NCBI RefSeq assembly: GCF_001194135.2
Contig: NC_068981.1
Coordinates: 10,539,373-10,603,372 of the forward strand
Reading direction: 5' to 3'
Length of the DNA stretch: 64,000 nucleotides
Source of the DNA: Octopus bimaculoides
Lineage: Eukaryota
Shown here piece by piece: positions 23,889 to 37,171 of the stretch. The position numbers were made by a program, and so were the translations under genes. The notes beneath the pieces were generated by a model. That model did no database searches. It was not told the origin of the DNA and worked only from the letters and a program-made list of their open reading frames with translations. How positions within the stretch are numbered: the stretch's first letter is position 1; each line of letters starts with the position of its first letter.

Positions 23889-25100
23889 TATAGTATTTGT
23901 GAAATCCAAGTTTGATAAAAGGATCAAAGTTAGAATTACTCTGGCTTTTATTGCAGCACTATTTCTGTAATCAGTTCAGGGAAAGAAAAAAGAAAGAATT
24001 TGAAAAGATTCTGGTGTTGGTTAGGTGGGGAGTTTCCTGTAGTACAATGTAAACAAATAGTTCCTTTCTGTAGTTATACAAATACAACTAATATCAGTAA
24101 ATTATCTTAAATATAGCTTTGTGTATGGGTCGTGATCAGCTCCAATATCATATACAAGATCACATCATTAAATTGAAGGTTTATTGACATAAGCTTATCA
24201 CTTCAACTACAGAGCAAGTTCAGTTTAACTTGAAACAAAAAGGCAGCTAACTGACATTGAGAGAAATAGCAAGAACAGAAGGATAAAAGTACAACTGAAA
24301 AGGTCAGACAATGCCATGATACACTTCAAGTGATGAATTGGAAATATCACAGCTGAAAAAAATAAATAAATAAATAAAAAAGGCCTTCAAAGGAACAACT
24401 TTAAGAAAGAAAATTTTCTTTCGGCCCGAGGCTATAGTAGAAGACACTTGCCCGAGGTGCCACACAGTGGGACTGAACCCAGAACCATGTGGTTGGTAGG
24501 GAGAAATAATAATAATAATTAATTCCTAATTCAATTCTCTTACATGATATTTTTTTTATTCTTTTATTTGCTTGTCATTTGACTGCGGCCATGCTGGAGT
24601 ACCGCCTTTAGTCAAACAAATCGACCCCAGGACTTTTTGTAAGCCTAGTATTTATTTTATCAGTCTCTTTTGCTGAACCACTGAGTTATGAGTATGTAAA
24701 CACACCAACATCGGTTGACAAAGACACACACACACGATGGGCTTCCTTCAGTTTCTGTCTACCAAATCCACACACAAGGCTTTGGTCGGCCCAAGGCTAG
24801 AGTAGAAGACGCTTGCCCAAGGTGCCACGCAGTGGGACTGAACCCGGAATCATGAGGTTGGTAACCAAGCTACTTACCACACAGCCGCCCCTGCACCTAT
24901 TGGACTGTGGCCATACTGGGATACCACCTTGAAAGATTTAGTGAAACAAACTGACCTTAGTATGTTTTTCTGTTTTTTTTTAAACCTGGTACTTATTCTA
25001 TAGCAGAACCACTAAGTTATCTGGATGTGAACAAACTAACACCAGCTGTCAAGCTGTGGTGGGAGACAACAAAGATACACACACACACTGAATGCAGTTT

Positions 25101-25332
25101 CTTATTTCTTTATTGCCCACAAGGGGCTAAACATAGAGGGGACAAACAAGGACAGACAAAGGGATTAAGTCGATTACATAGACCCAGTGCGTAACTGGTA
25201 CTTAATTTATCGACCCCAAAAGGATGAAATGCAAAGTCAACGGAGGCGGAATTTGAACTCAGAACATAGTGGCAGACGAAATACTGCTAAGCATTTCGCC
25301 CTGCGTGCTAACGTTTCTGCCAGCTCACCGCC
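25101..25332 (-). mobile_element. tRNA-derived SINE family C
   Basis: Reverse complement ggcggtgagctggcagaaacgttagcacgc..gagttcaaattccgcc..gggtcgataaattaagtaccagtt... Copies at 44849-45072 (-), 50125-50343 (+) and 54625-54812 (+). Confidence 0.8.
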
Positions 25333-26661
25333 ACTGAATGCAGTTTCTGCCTACCAAATTTACTCACAAAGTATTGTTAAGCCAAGGATTTAGCAGAAGA
25401 CACTTGTCCAAGGTGCCATGCAGTGGGACTGAACTTGAAACTATGTAGCAGCAAAGCCAGCTTTTTAACCACACAGCCATGCCTGCACTTATGTGTATTA
25501 TACTTGAATGCACTATCAATGCATTTTTCATGGACAAGCATCAAGATATAGCTGCATCTGTCCAATTAAGTTTCATAGTGTTTTCAACATGTACAGCAAA
25601 TAGTTGAGGATCACAGATCCCTGTTGAAAAACTAAAGTATACAGAACAGCAGTAATATATATTTTTTGGTAAAAACAATCATTTATTGCTGCCTTCATCA
25701 TCANNNNNNNNNNNNNNNNNNNNNNNNNNNNNNNNNNNNNNNNNNNNNNNNNNNNNNNNNNNNNNNNNNNNNNNNNNNNNNNNNNNNNNNNNNNNNNNNN
25801 NNNNNNNNNNNNNNNNNNNNNNNNNNNNNNNNNNNNNNNNNNNNNNNNNNNNNNNNNNNNNNNNNNNNNNNNNNNNNNNNNNNNNNNNNTACATAGTGTA
25901 CTGAGTGCTTTTTTATGTGGCACCAACACCCATCAGGGTCATCATGTGGACAATACTGGTGTTTTGTAACTAGCACCCGTGTCAGGGACACATAAGAAGC
26001 ACCTTTCAAGTGCTGGGTCTGATGGAGGCAATGACAAATGACCAAGACCTTTGGCAATATACTGTGCTTGAGAAGAAGACCCATCAAGCCAACTGAAATC
26101 ATAGTCATGGCAGATACTGGTGTCATGCAAATGGCACCTGTGCCAGCAGCACATAAAAGCACCCATTACACTCTCACAGTGGTTGGCATTAGGAAGGGCA
26201 TCCAGCCGTAGAAACTATACCAAATAAGGCTGGAGTCTGGTGAAGCCTTCCAACTTACCAGCCCTGGTCAAACCGTTCAGCCCATGCCAGCATGAACAAC
26301 AGATGTTAAGTGATGATGATGATGATGATGATGATGATCTCCATCTCCATTTTCAAAACATTTGATCATGATACTTTAACCTCAAGTTCTATTAGACTAC
26401 ACACTTTATACCACACAGAGAAATTAACTCGTGCCCGGAAAATCACTTTACATAAAGTAAATAAATTGAAATTTAATTCAAAATTTGCTTTAACACAGGA
26501 AATACACACAACTGGAAATTAGTAAGAATACACTCGTGTTTAGCTCATTCACTTTGACTATTAGAATGTATTAAGTATCATAAAAAATGCAGCTACACTT
26601 GAAAATATTGGGAGGTCAAGCACTGCAAATTTAGTTTATAATACAGATTTGGTTTTGAATA

Positions 26662-27300
26662 TAGCACCACTGATGCTATATTTCTGATGAGGCAACTGCA
26701 GGAGAAATATATAGCCAAAGATAAACCTCAGTACTTGGCTTTTGTTGACTTGGAGAAAGCCTTTGACAGAGTTCCCTGTACCCTTATCTGATGGTCAATG
26801 CGGAAACTAGGGATAGACAAGTGATTAGTGAAAGCTGTACAAGCCATGTACAGGGATGCTGCCAGTGAAGGTTAGCAATGAAGCATGTTCTTCGAACTTT
26901 GAGCCTCAAAGAGGCAATGACTGGTGACCAAGACCTTTGGCGATATACTATACTTGAGAAGACCCGTCAAGCCAAGTGAAATCATAGTCATGGCTGACAC
27001 TGGTGTCACATAATTAGCACATAAAAAGCACCTTTCGAGTGTTTTGCCCTGTGGTGGCAATGGCGAATGACCGAGACCATGGCATTATGTCATGCTTGAG
27101 AAGAAGACCCAACAAGCCAAGTAAAATCACAGTCGTGGCAGATACAGGCGTCATGCAAACAGCACCCATTACACTCTTGGAGTGGTTGGCATTAGGAAGG
27201 GCATCCAGTCATGGAAACCATGCCAAATCAGACTGGAGTCTGGTTCAGCCTTCCAGTTTACCAGCTCTGGTCAAACCATCCATTAAATGATGATAATGAT
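26662..27300 (+). mobile_element. Internally deleted RTE: RT fragment fused to ORF2 C-terminus, with a duplicated 3' module
   Basis: TTDAIFLMRQLQEKY..AFVDLEKAFDRVP-coding DNA jumps at about 26880 to the KH.LRTL.L.EAMT.DQDLWRYTILEKTRQAK* end, then subrepeat, second C-terminal-like module and tail. Confidence 0.7.
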
Positions 27301-27870
27301 ATATTGGATCAGGTGATGAAAGTTACAGAGAGAGTCATAGCCCAACTAATTAGGGAGGGAGTTAGATTGGATGCAGTTTGGTTTTGTGCCAGGGAGAAGC
27401 ACCACTGACACTATATTTCTGATGAGGCAGCTGCAGGAGAAATACAGAGCCAAAGATAAACCTCTGTACTTGGCCTTTGTTGACTTGGAGAAAGCCTTTG
27501 ACAGGGTCCCTCGATCCCTTATCAGATGGTCAATGCGGAAACTAGAGATAGACGAGTGGTTGCTGACAGCTGTACAAGCCATGTACAGGGATGCTACCAG
27601 TAAGGTGAGGGTTAGCAATGAGCACAGCAAAGAATTCAGGGTACAAGTAGGGGTTCACCAAGGATCAGCCCACATCTCCCTCCTGTTCATCATATTCCTG
27701 CAGGCAATAACATAGGAATTCAAGACAGTCTGCCCCTGGGAGCTCCTCTATGCTGATGACCTTGTTCTTATAGCTGAATCACTACCTGAACTAGAAAAGA
27801 AGTTCCAGGTATGGAAGCAAGATCTAGAATCTAAAGTTAACCTAGCAAAAACCGAAGTCTTAGTAAGTTA
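27301..27870 (+). pseudogene. RTE reverse-transcriptase fragment
   Basis: QFGFVPGRSTTDTIFLMRQLQEKYRAKDKPLYLAFVDLEKAFDRVP...GVHQGS...(stop)EFKTVCPWELLYADDLVLIAES. Contains the YADD motif, an in-frame stop and frameshifts. Confidence 0.92.
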
Positions 27871-28049
27871 GAAGCCTTTTTTCACTCTATAAATTTCTCA
27901 GTCATACACAGAGGCATTTGTTGTAGTAGTAGAAACTTTTGTACTTTCATTCAAAATTTGGATCTTGTGCTTGAAAAATAAAACTCGTAAGCCCGGTGTC
28001 TCAAAATGCAGGCCCTCATAAGTAATGTGTGGGTGTGTATAAGATAGAG

Positions 28050-28368
28050 AGTGAGCGAGTGAGCATCGGGCTCACAATCACGAGATAAGTTCAATTCCCT
28101 GACAGGGTTGTGTGTTGAGTTCTTGAGCAAGACATTTTATTTCATGTTTCTCCAGTTCACTCAGCTGTAGAAATGAGTGGCGATGTCACTGGTGCCAAGC
28201 TGTATCGGCCTTTGCCTTTCCTTTGGATAACATTGGTGGCGCAAAGAAGGGAAGCTGGTATGCATGAGCAACTGTTGGTCTTCCATAAACAACCTTGCCC
28301 AGACTCGTGCCTCAGAAGGGAACTTTCTAGGTGCAATCCTATGGTCATTCATAACTGAAGAAGGTCTT
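28050..28368 (+). mobile_element. CORE-like SINE
   Basis: Degenerate tRNA head, then ttgagcaagacattttatttcatgtttctccagttcactcagctgtagaaatgag (CORE-like) and a distinct LINE-like tail. Confidence 0.5.
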
Positions 28369-29410
28369 ATATATGCATACACACATAATAATGTTAAATG
28401 AAGTTAAATGTTACTATATTTCTGTTGAATGTTGCCATATTTCCTTTATTTTAAATTATGCTACGGATTGGAACATAAATCAACATGAAATTTTGATGGA
28501 AGACTTTAATTTAGATCCCTGTAAAACAGAGAAGTTTGAGTCACAGAACCAGGGAAGGTCAATCTTATATTAGATGGTTTGACTATTTCTCATATAATAC
28601 ACCAAACCTAACTCACAACTCATTACTCTTAAGTTCTACATCTCAGTAACTTCACTCATTGTGGCTCCTGTGCATCCCCTACACTAATACTGCTGTTGCA
28701 GACACACATCTCATCTTCCTGAACTGCCGACACCATGTTCTCAATGTGGGTGATGGTGCCCCCAAGTGGGTTCTGGGATTATTGAAGAGAGCATTAAGCT
28801 TTAGGGAGCAGTCAGATAACAGAATTAACATACTAAATTTCATCTGTAGCAGTAATTATATTCATCATCCAGTGTTTTAAATCCAGGTTTTGTTCTCGTT
28901 AATGGGGGTAGCCGGATCTACCTCAATGCCATAGCAACCAAGGTAGGAAGGTGCAGCCCACCCCAACCTTTCGGCAAGCTGGCTGGTGCCCATTCTCCTT
29001 TGCTATCATGAGGCTTTTTTGGAGCTAGATTTTCTACAGGGAGCATGCCCTTGCTTACCCCAACCTCAGTTTCTAGACATGAGTGGTCCCGAAACCAAGG
29101 CCTTTATCACGATTTTTAAGAAATGTGGTGGAAAACTAGCTCAGGAAGGCAGGGATGCTACTCACTGAGACCCCTTTTGGAGCCCCCTACCTAATATATT
29201 ATACATGATAAAACAAGTAATAGTTATTAAAATAAAATGAAATCTCATCAGACACAAGCAAGTCATCTACTTGCAATGTATGAAATAAATTTACAACTTT
29301 TGCCTTAGTTTTTATCATTTCAAAGTTAAAAGCTTGTAGAATCCATTTTTATAATAAAATTATCATCCATGTTAAGATAGTTTAGTCGCAATAACTCACA
29401 CGCCACTTAC

Positions 29411-29425
29411 GTGGGCGCTAGACAT
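29411..29425 (-). CDS. SBNO1: Candidate SBNO initiator codons MSSAH in a 39-nt exon (29449-29411)
   Basis: Minus strand ttctttttgtAG|TGCCCCCCATTTTAAGTAGTTGTT ATG TCT AGC GCC CAC|GTAAGT. Strong acceptor and donor, phase 0, in-frame TAA upstream of the ATG. Splicing gives MSSAH-VTKDLLSAAL. No homology support. Confidence 0.55.
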
Positions 29426-30375
29426 AACAACTACTTAAAATGGGGGGCACTACAAAAAGAAAGTTAACAATTGGTTTCTGCACTTGGTCAATATTTCAAT
29501 TTTTCCAAATACTCTTGACCTCTTTCTCATATCTAAAAACAAACATTAGCCAAACTATTAGTCTCTCCCCCTATCAAACTGTCTGATCATAACTTAACCA
29601 AGGCAACCCACTCGATACTGTTTTATTAGCTAGCCCTTACATACCAAAACCTCCAGTATATCAAGTCGGCCAACCAGTCTCAAAGTTATGCCATTTCTCT
29701 TTTGATTAGCTTTCACAGCAAAAGTGCTTCACCTCTGAAACAGCTAAGTAACTAAGATACACACCTCCCTAAGTTTGTCCCACCAGATTCCACATGCAGC
29801 TTGGAAACCTCAAAGTGGTTCAGTTGCAGCAGTACAGATAAAGAACACCGTCATCAACAGCTGAAGGGTATTCACTTACCTGTAAAAACAGTTTCAATGT
29901 TTTTTTCCCCCTCTCTCTCTATAACATTTGAAGTAGTTTTGGCTGTTATTTCTAACAAGTGTACAACCATAAAGAGGATCTCATTGACCACCTAGATATG
30001 AAATGAGCACCATTTTTGCTGGATCAGTTTCCAAACTACAGTTTCTGCTACAACATCTTAAAATACCCCCAACTACCCAGCATACGGCTTAGACACTAGC
30101 TTTCTCATTCAATCTACACAAACACAGAAAGCACATACACCACCTTAATAAATCCCAGCTCAAAACCTTCACCTCTCGCATCTCAAATGTAGAATAACAC
30201 CTTCAGATACTCCACCCTCCCTCTCAGCAACCATTCATACTTTCTCTGAAACCAGATTTTCTTTCCTACCACTATTCACCAATAGCCTCTTTCCATTGAC
30301 ATCTTTGGTGAAAGCAGCAATAGTGCTGCTTTTGACCTCAGAGAGGTCACTATATCGAGCATTCAAATCGCCTCT

Positions 30376-30754
30376 TTACTCTTTTACTTGTTTCAGTCAT
30401 TTGACTGTGGCCATGCTGGAGCACTGCCTTTAGTCGAGCAAATCGACCCCAGGACTTATTCTTTGTAAGCCTAGTACTTATTCTATTGGTCTCTTTTGCC
30501 GAACCGCTAAGTTACGGGGACGTAAACACACCAGCATCGGTTGTCAAGCGATGTTGGGGGGACAAACACAGACACCCAAACACATATATATAACGGGCTT
30601 TTTTCAGTTTCTGTCTACCAAATCCACTCACAAGGTTTTGGTCGGCCCGAGGCTATAGTAGAAGACACTTGCCCAAGGTGCCACGCAGTAAGACTGAACC
30701 CAGAATCATGTGGTTGGTAAGCAAGCTACTTACCACACAGCCACTCCTACGCCT
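30376..30754 (-). mobile_element. Young SINE family B
   Basis: Near-consensus, CpG-retaining copy. Confidence 0.85.
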
Positions 30755-31260
30755 GATAACTAATAACTTTTTCTTACCAGATTTTTGTTGAAATACACTG
30801 CCCTAGTTTCAATTAATCTTTTGAAAATAATCAAGTATTTAGAAAAAAATAACACTGTCAATAATTAAGCTGATAGTTGGAACATAAATTAACACAACCA
30901 TTTGATAAAAAAAAAATGTTTTAATTAAGATCACTTAAAAGCAAGAAGTTTATATCGTAGAACTAGGGGTTGTCTTTGGTGGGTTGGTATAAAAAGGGTC
31001 AAATCAGAAGTGTAGTTGGACCACACCATAAGAACAAGCCATGTTGAGGTTATTTTTATTCTTCTTAGTATTTTTCAGAGTTCAACTATGTCACCCATAC
31101 CCTTATGTAAATTCATGACATTCTTATTATCACTTCCAACTGTAATGATGTTGATAAAACTGAAAATCCCAAACATACCAAAACAAAAATGAATTTTTTA
31201 TAAGAAGAAAAAAATTAATATCTACCAATAAATGGTAACGGCATCAAAAAATTATAAAGA

Positions 31261-31628
31261 TAGGCGTAGGAGTGGCTGTGTGGTAAGTAGCTTGCTTACA
31301 AACCACATGGTTCCAGGTTCAGTCCCACTGCGTGGCACCTTGGGCAAGTGTCTTCTGCTATAGCCTCGGGCTGACCAAAGCTTGTTGAGTGGATTTGGTA
31401 GACGGAAACTGAAAGAAGCCTGTCGTATATATGTATGTGCGTATGTTTGTCCCCCAACATCGCTTGACAACCGATGCTGGCGTGTTTACGTCCCCATAAC
31501 TTAACGGTTTGGCAAAAGAGACCAATAAAATAAGTACTAGGCTTACAAAGAATAAGTCCTGGGGTCGATTTGCTCGACTAAAGGCAGTGTTCCAGCATGG
31601 CCACAGTCAAATGACTGAAAAGAGTAAA
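31261..31628 (+). mobile_element. Young SINE family B
   Basis: aggcgtaggagtggctgtgtggtaagtagc... near-consensus copy. Confidence 0.85.
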
Positions 31629-33670
31629 TGTCTTAAAAAAAAACTTGACTATATTGAAAAAACATTCACCCTTTTGTTACTATATTTCTGTTTCAATTAA
31701 TTTTGAAAATGAAAAATTTAGAGTTAAGGCTTGGAACATAAGATGGAATTTTGATGGAATTTTTTTAACTCAGATCAGTTTTAAACAGGAAGCTAATTTG
31801 CAGAACCAAGTTTGGTCTCAGACAGGTTGATAATCAAAAGGATTAAACTAATTATGATCAAAATGACTGACACAGCTACACTGAATAGTCAATCACCAAT
31901 ACATTTTAAAGATACTGGAAGGTACAACCCACAATAATAGGTCCAGAGGAGCAGCAGCTATCACATTGGAATAGAATTCCCCTTTAAAAACTCTGCTGTG
32001 ATCAGCACCAGAATCTACAGAAACAAACTGGACAGGGGAGAGAATGTAGGCCTGGGGCTGACCTAGTCAGAGCTATGGTATATTCAGATTTATAGATCTA
32101 TAGATCAAACTGAAGCATTCAGCTTACTACCAACATGCTTTAGGACTATTCAATCAAAGCTGACCTGAATGAAGTTAATGATGGTAATGGTAGTCAATAC
32201 TCCAATCAAACCAAAGAAACTGTGTTTCTATTGATTTTTTTTTCAGACTTCTGATACTATATTTGTGATGTAAAAAGACAACCGTGCCAGCTTCCCATGA
32301 AAAGCAACAATGCTGACATCATGTAAAGAACTGGCACCAATGAGATCACCAAGAAACTAACAAGACAAAACCCTTCAACTGAAAGGGGTATATGGTATTG
32401 AAGGAGATGGTTTTGTACTAAGTGAGGAGATCAAAATCTGAAAGGACAGACATGGATGACTTGCTGTGAAGAAGATGGTGTCAGAGGCATACCCTGATCT
32501 TCAGGGGTTGAGCCTCATGGAGGAGATGACAAAGGACCAAGATGGTCAGCAATTTGTTGAGGTCAAAAAAGACCCTACTATTTTCGCAAAAATGTAGGCC
32601 CTAAAAGCATATAATTTATGTCTATGCTCCTGCAATCAATCATCCATCTTGGACAAATATCTCCCTCACTCTAAAACTTTGAAATAATTTAAACCTACAT
32701 TTTAGCCCACTCTGCTGAGTGGTTGGTGTTAGGAAGGGCATCCAGCTGTAAAAATCCTATCAAAACAGTCACAGAAGTCTGGTGCAGGCTTCTACCTGGC
32801 CAGCTCTTGTGAAACCGTCCCACCCATGCTAGCATGGAAGGCGGACATTAAACGATGACGATGGCTTTTATGTAATAATTAAAAGAAATAAAATATTTTC
32901 TTTAAGATTATAGATTTGAATTATGAACTGATTTACCTGCATTTCTAGCATGTGGCAGGAATAAGATTTGAAAAATACAGAACAATTGTGATAAGCACTG
33001 AATACCATTCTTGCCCCTGTACCAACTGATAGGGAACAGAACTGTTTTCAGTCAAACAGTCTGAGATGTGGATAAAGAATGTAACACAACAGTTGTAGTG
33101 GGATTTGAACTCGTGATCAGGCATCTAAGCCATACAGTAATTCCAAGTTTGTAACATGACAGGAAAACTCTTAATTTCAAAGTAAAAACCCTAAAAGAAT
33201 GTTCGCAGAGTTCTGTAAACATTTCTAGAATGAAAAATAGTCCCTTCACCAAAAGAGAAATCTTTCTCTAAAGTTATTGAGTCAACATGTCAGAGATATT
33301 AGTTGAGAGCCTAACCCTTCCGTTACCATATTTCTGCTGAAATATACTGCTTTATGTCAATTTATTTTGAAAATAACAAATAATTTAGTCCAATTTTATT
33401 TATTTATTTATTACTATGAAGCTGGTGTTTGAAACAAAATTAAGAAATTTTGATGAGAACAAGATTGAGTCTAAGAATATAGGATAGTCTTAAGTGAATT
33501 TGTTATCAAAAGGGGTTATTGTCACAGGACATAATCAAGACAAACTGAAGTTCAATATTTTTAGTGAAAATGATTTTTTATCAGGAACAACTTTTTTTTT
33601 TTTGAGGATAACTTCAAAAGGATGAAAAACAGTCATTCAGAATAGGTTTTGTACACACATATATACACAC

Positions 33671-33941
33671 ACAATTGCAGTGTGGAAGTTGTTTGTAAGC
33701 CATTTATGAACACACAAAAACCGTTAGTTTCACTTCGACAAACTTGTGTCAACATATTTTCGTCGCTTTGAAACCATGACCAGCTCACTGACAAAACTTT
33801 GTGCTGCATCAGTTTTGCCAGTGAACAGGTCGTAGTTTCAAAGTCACGAAAATATTTCAACAAATTAAATTTAAGTGTTGAAGTGAAACTAATGGTTTGT
33901 GTTCTTAAATGGCTTACAAACATCTTCTACACTGCAATTGT
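33671..33941. mobile_element. Almost fully palindromic MITE (~271 bp)
   Basis: acaattgcagtgtggaagttgtttgtaagccattt.. pairs with ..aaatggcttacaaacatcttctacactgcaattgt. Pairing continues inward to a ~12-nt loop near 33800. Confidence 0.85.
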
Positions 33942-34188
33942 TTTTGCATCAGCACATGATCTCAGATCAAGTCACTTGCTGTGCAAGAACATCTCCGTAA
34001 TAAATATATATATATATAGTTTATATTCATTTAATAGAAGAAGCAAACAGAGATTGGGAAGTTAATAATTGTTTATTATTGACAACAAATTGGGCATCTT
34101 CAGTCAGCGAAAATGAATTCACAAACACACATATAGCATCCAAACAAACATCTTTCTTTACCTTCTTTCCACTGATGATATTATGCTC

Positions 34189-34640
34189 ATCATCATCATC
34201 ATTTAACGTCTGCTTTCCATGCTGGCATGGGTTGGACGATTTGACGGAGGACTGGTGAAACCAGATGGCTGCACCAGGCTCCAATCTGATCTGGCAGAGT
34301 TTCTACAGCTGGATGCCCTTCCTAACGCCAACCACTCCGAGAGTGTAGCCAGTGCTTTTACGCGCCACCAGCACGAGGGCCAGTCAAGTGTTACTGGCAA
34401 AGGCCACGCTCAAAATGGTGTTTTTCACATGCCACCTGCACAGGCGCCAGTCCGGCGGCACTGACAACAACCTCGCTCAAATGATTTTCTAACGTATCAC
34501 CGGCACAAGTGCCAGTAAGGTGACGTTGGTAACGATCACGCTCAAATGGTGCTATTTACATGCCACCAGACATCTGCTCTGGCAATGATCACGCTCGGAC
34601 GGTGCTGCTAGTGCTCCACTGGCACAGGTGCCAGTCATGT
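34189..34640 (-). mobile_element. RTE 3' end (family A)
   Basis: (CAT)n at 34189, core and subrepeat units. Confidence 0.8.
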
Positions 34641-36237
34641 CGTATAAATGTAAATTAATAGAAACGGCTGTAAGTGAAGATGACCAATTTGCTGTTAATA
34701 ATAAACAGTTAACTTCACAATCTCCATTTTCTTCTTTTAAATGAATATAAACTGTTTTTATATATAGCTATCTTAAGGAAATTCATTCCCCAAAATATTA
34801 AGTATTGAACCAGTAGGTCCTTGGATAAAACCATCCCTTTATGAGGTTAACACAACCTCTAATTAAATTTATATACAAACATATAGAGGGGGAGATAGAG
34901 ACTAACCCATGACAGCATGGAAAACAAACACATGATCGTGATATACGTGTGTTTGTTCGACTAGAAGAGTCTAGTCGAACAAACTGACTCCGGTACTTAT
35001 TTTTTAATCCTGATATTCATTGTATCAGACTCTTTTACCGAACTGCTAGGTTACGTAAACAAACCAACACTGGTTATCAAACGGTAGATGGAGGACAAAC
35101 ACACACACCCATATACATACCTACAAATACATACATACACATAAGCATATACACACACACAGGATGAGCTTCCAAAGTTTGCGCCTGCCAAGACATTGAT
35201 CAACCGGAAGCTGTAGTTGAAAACACGTCCTCAAGGTGAAGCACAGTGAGACTGAACTCGAAAACTACGTGGCTGCAAAGCAACCTTCGTAACCACACAG
35301 CCATGCCTGTGCCTATATAAACAATTTACATAAATGTTGCATATATATATATATAATTTGCCGAATTCCATTTTGATAATAAGCGATTGAAATACATTGT
35401 TCAACCACTGATCCAAAAGTAGCTTCGACGTCAACTTCCATTTTGAATCGTTAATACACATACTTCAACAGGTAGTTTTCGTTCTATAACCTAGCTACCT
35501 TGGTGATTGATCGGGTTAAGAAAGAAGTTCACTGTCCTGCTAAAGGTTGACACACCCAATAAGATAATATCATACCTATTAGTCGATATAGATATTGACA
35601 GTGGAAAGTAAACTTGAGTGACCCAACCATCAACTTGATCCTGTTTTTAGTTACACCAAACTACATTTTCCCTAAAAAGCTTAGATTCGGCGGCAAATAT
35701 TTCAACAAAGTAAAACCGGTTTCACCCCCATACCCGAACATAAAGCACGAAGAAGAAAGTAAACTAAAATTAGTATTTCATAAAAACAAAAGAAATTGCA
35801 AAATCAATGTCAGTTGATACACACAACACTGTGTCACTTTTATCTTCAACGATTGATAATCTTTTATTTACTTGGGTGAAAGAAAAATTTATGTTAAAAA
35901 CAAAAAGGATTCGATTGAAATAATAATATCAACGACCGGTGCTGGAGTGGCTGCGTGGTAAATTTGCATCCCAACCATTGCGTGGCACCTTGGGCAAGTG
36001 TCTTCTACTATAGCCTCAGGCTGACCAAAACCTTGCGAATGGATTTGGTAGGCGGAAAATGAAAGAAGCCCATCGTATGTCTATGTATGTGATGATTAAA
36101 AAAATTAGGCTACGTAGCTGAAAACTTATATGGCGCCAACGACTGAAAATAAACACCCGGATGCATCCTTAATAGTAAATGGTCAATGTCAAAAATATTT
36201 ATTAGAAGTAACTTTCAAAATCTTATTCGTCTTCAAC

Positions 36238-36283
<46 letters not shown>

Positions 36284-37136
36284 CAAACATCAATTCGAGC
36301 AAAAGCAGCCCCTAATGTGGTCGCTAGAAATAGCACACAAAGGTAAAGAATACGCACACCACCCGTTTTCGGCGTAATCCTAACCCTAAACACTGGTATT
36401 CTTTACCTTCGCCACACAAATCGCCCTCAAAATCATACTCACTGAAAATAAGATGGGGTAGTCACAAATGGAATGCTTCTAAATCATAAATCTACTCGTT
36501 TAGAGTTGACTTGGAGTTAAATAACATCAACAACCTCGATGCTTTGTTTAATAAACTTCGTCTTCCTCGTTATAAGCAACGCGAATGCATTAATTCTAAA
36601 AAAAAAAAAAAAACCGGGTGGGGTCGGGGGACATTTTCAGAAATGGCCAGAGCCTTTTAAAGAAAACTGAAATTTGAAATATTAACAATAACAATATTCG
36701 ATTGAATATTTCTAACCTCGAGAAGAAGCCCGCCAAAGAAATGTCATGTCGTAATGTTTATGCCTTTCTCAAGGACATCGCATATCTGGGTGAATCGAAG
36801 ACGCCCCAAGAACGGAAATAAATTCACGAAATCCATATAATGCAAAATATAAATATACCTTTTGCTCGTTTCGGTCATTAGGCTGCGCCCATGCTGGGGC
36901 ACCATCTTGAGGAATTTTGGTCGAACAAATCGATCCCAGTACTTTTTTTGGTACTACCACATTTTAAATGTACGCTGTGTGGACGTGTAATGACACCCTA
37001 ACCCTCAAACTAACCTTCCCCCTTCACATCGTTACGTAGATGCATTTTTAAGTAGTGCCCTTTTTTTTAGGCCTGATAGTTATTCTATCGGTCACTTTGC
37101 CGAACGACTAAGTTACGTGGTAGCAATCAGACAAGA

Positions 37137-37171
<35 letters not shown>

